From: an uncultured Actinomycetes bacterium
Lineage (GTDB): Bacteria; Actinomycetota; Acidimicrobiia; Acidimicrobiales; CAVTQP01
Direction of reading: 5' to 3'
DNA length: 64,000 bases
NCBI GenBank assembly: GCA_963736925.1
Contig: CAVTQP010000001.1
Coordinates: 318,324-382,323, forward strand
Shown here: piece after piece, positions 62,214-64,000 of the stretch
How positions within the stretch are numbered: the first letter of the stretch is position 1
How the letters are laid out: each line of letters opens with the position of its first letter
Position numbers and translations under genes: made by a program
The notes under the pieces: model-generated
What the model was told of the DNA's origin: nothing
Databases searched by the model: none
What the model saw: only the letters and a program-made list of their open reading frames with translations

Positions 62214-62864
62214 TCAGCGTCTACGAGGCGGAACTCTTGCGTAGCGCTCATAGCCTCGCTGAATCAGTATCGGGGGAAGAAAGTTCAACGCTCGTTCCTT
62301 CCAGGAATCGGCACCCTCGCGTAGCCACTCGTCCACTGCCGTCGAGAGTCGTCGCCAGCTTTCGGGATCGATGTCGTGGCCCGCAGCGAGTCCGACCACA
62401 GTATGAGGAAAGAGCCGTAGCCCGGCTTCTCCGCTATGGGAGTGAGCGAATTCGCCGAGTAGGGCGCGGAGACCTTGAGCCGTAAAACGCCAATAGTCAG
62501 CGGGGAAATTGTGTATCGGGAAAAAGAAATGTGAAGTGAGCAGAAGGACTCCATTCGGCGCCAGGCACCGACGCAGTTCAGATAGAGCTGCTTTCGTGTT
62601 CTCCACATGCTCTAGCGTGTCCAGCAGGAGCGCGGTGCCTACCGACCTGTCGCGGATGCCCAGGCAATGCAGGTCGTCGCGATGGTCCACTCCCAGTCCA
62701 GGGTTCATGTCTACGCCCGTGAAGGCTCGGCCTGGAAATAGCGACCGCACCTCAGGGAGATGGGCCTGGCTGGAAGCGCGGGCCGCCCCGAACTCGACGA
62801 CCGGATCCGGCAGCTCGCCCGTGTCGATCACCCGCTCGAGCAGGTTGTACAAGGTGGTCCGCAC
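62214..62864 (-). CDS. Class I SAM-dependent methyltransferase
   Basis: VVEFGA, FTGVDM, DTLEHV, PIHNFPADYWRFT. Confidence 0.88.
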   Translation of the reverse strand: MRTTLYNLLERVIDTGELPDPVVEFGAARASSQAHLPEVRSLFPGRAFTGVDMNPGLGVDHRDDLHCLGIRDRSVGTALLLDTLEHVENTKAALSELRRCLAPNGVLLLTSHFFFPIHNFPADYWRFTAQGLRALLGEFAHSHSGEAGLRLFPHTVVGLAAGHDIDPESWRRLSTAVDEWLREGADSWKERALNFLPPILIQRGYERYARVPPRRR

Positions 62865-63043
62865 CGTGCCCTGTCTAGCTGAGATCGATCATCGGAGACT
62901 AATCTCCGCGCGCGTCGCTAGGCGCACAAAGGGTTGAGTGGACGCTGAAGGAGCGGGATAGGCACCGTAAGGGGGCGGGTAGACGGTCGGGTGGGCGTGT
63001 GTTAGACGGGAGTGTCTCGGGTAGCTAGCGATAGCGGGGGGTC

Positions 63044-64000
63044 ATGGCGCTGGTCAGTCGCCAGAAACGAGATCAGGGGACGGCACGCCGCTCGATTGGA
63101 GAGGCTTTCTCTCCACGGCACAACAGCCTCAACTTTCTCCGCCTCGTGTTTGCAGCCTCGGTGATATTCACGCACGCTAGCCAGCTGATGAATCCGGGGA
63201 CTGAGGCTATTCTTCACAAGACCACGATCGGCACGCCTGCTCTCTACGGCTTCTTCACCATCAGCGGCTTCCTCATTGCGGGAAGCGTCGAGCGAACCAA
63301 ACCTCTCAGGTACCTTTGGCAAAGGGCTTTGCGAGTCTTTCCCGCATTTTGGGTGTGCCTGCTGGTGACAGCTTTCGGCTTCGGACTTATCGGATGGTTC
63401 CACAGTCATGCTGGTGCTGCGAGGAGCTGTGGTCTCTCCTGTTACCTGCGGGAACCGGGGGGTCCCTTGAGCTATGTCTTCCATAACTCCTGGCTAAAGC
63501 TCAATCAACAAGGAATCACGAACACCCTTGCTGGGAGCAAGTTGCCAAATCTTTGGAACGGGTCCATTTGGACACTCTTTTATGAGTTCGTGTGTTGGAT
63601 CGGCCTCGCCGCCTTGGGACTAATCGGAGCACTGCGGCACCGCTGGACCTTGGTGGTCCTCGCAGCTTCGATCTGGATCTCCTTGCTCACGATCACAGCG
63701 GTTCCCAACTTGAATGTGGAGTTCAACGTTTTTCACTCCGTAGGGGTTCTCTGGAAGAGCTGGTTCGAGCTCGTGCCGATATTCTTGGTGGGCACGCTGC
63801 TCTACCTGTATCGCGACAAGATCCCAGACTCTGGCTGGCTTGCCCTGGGTTCCCTGGGGCTCTTCCTTGTGGGCTTGGTCCTTCCGATCGGCGATAAGTT
63901 CCCCGGCTATACGCTGACTAGCACCGATGTGACGGCGGTGTTCTTCGCATACCCCGTGATCTGGTTGGGAATGCATCTGCCCTTTCAAGCGGTTGGCGCT
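63044..64000 (+). CDS. Acyltransferase family 3 (OafA-like), runs off the window
   Basis: Manual translation: RHNSLNFLRLVFAASVIFTH...GFFTISGFLI...QRALRVFPAFW...NGSIWTLFYE. Confidence 0.92.
   Translation, partial: MALVSRQKRDQGTARRSIGEAFSPRHNSLNFLRLVFAASVIFTHASQLMNPGTEAILHKTTIGTPALYGFFTISGFLIAGSVERTKPLRYLWQRALRVFPAFWVCLLVTAFGFGLIGWFHSHAGAARSCGLSCYLREPGGPLSYVFHNSWLKLNQQGITNTLAGSKLPNLWNGSIWTLFYEFVCWIGLAALGLIGALRHRWTLVVLAASIWISLLTITAVPNLNVEFNVFHSVGVLWKSWFELVPIFLVGTLLYLYRDKIPDSGWLALGSLGLFLVGLVLPIGDKFPGYTLTSTDVTAVFFAYPVIWLGMHLPFQAVGA

Overview
High-GC actinobacterial chromosome segment; gene content and order (tadA-tRNASer-ffs-dnaX-ybaB-recR, ask-asd, marP, meaA) suggest class Acidimicrobiia (inference). 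About 50 CDS, two tRNA-Ser genes, the SRP RNA and a TPP riboswitch are supported; no integrase, transposase or CRISPR array is visible. Main blocks: (1) 0-17 kb: transport, nitrogen and stress genes, including a plant-AMT2-like ammonium transporter, a Cas4-like/DEDD TM0106 nuclease, a DUF1214/sulfotransferase pair, MarP, GH15, and an SDR/divergent-QueA/Fe-S-regulator operon with a palindromic operator; (2) 18-22 kb: a two-gene insert between the tRNA-Ser genes (secreted neocarzinostatin-domain protein plus DUF3089 lipoprotein); (3) 25-38 kb: a partial ethylmalonyl-CoA pathway cluster interleaved with thiC; (4) 47-64 kb: a surface-glycan island with four GT-C-like membrane proteins, GT2, epimerase, methyl- and acyltransferases and a disulfide-repeat beta-propeller/arylsulfotransferase lipoprotein. 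Two window-wide patterns stand out: short tandem duplications at gene junctions, and many leaderless-type promoters. Three to four apparent 1-2 bp frameshifts suggest residual assembly errors. All product calls come from motif recognition by eye, not database searches.
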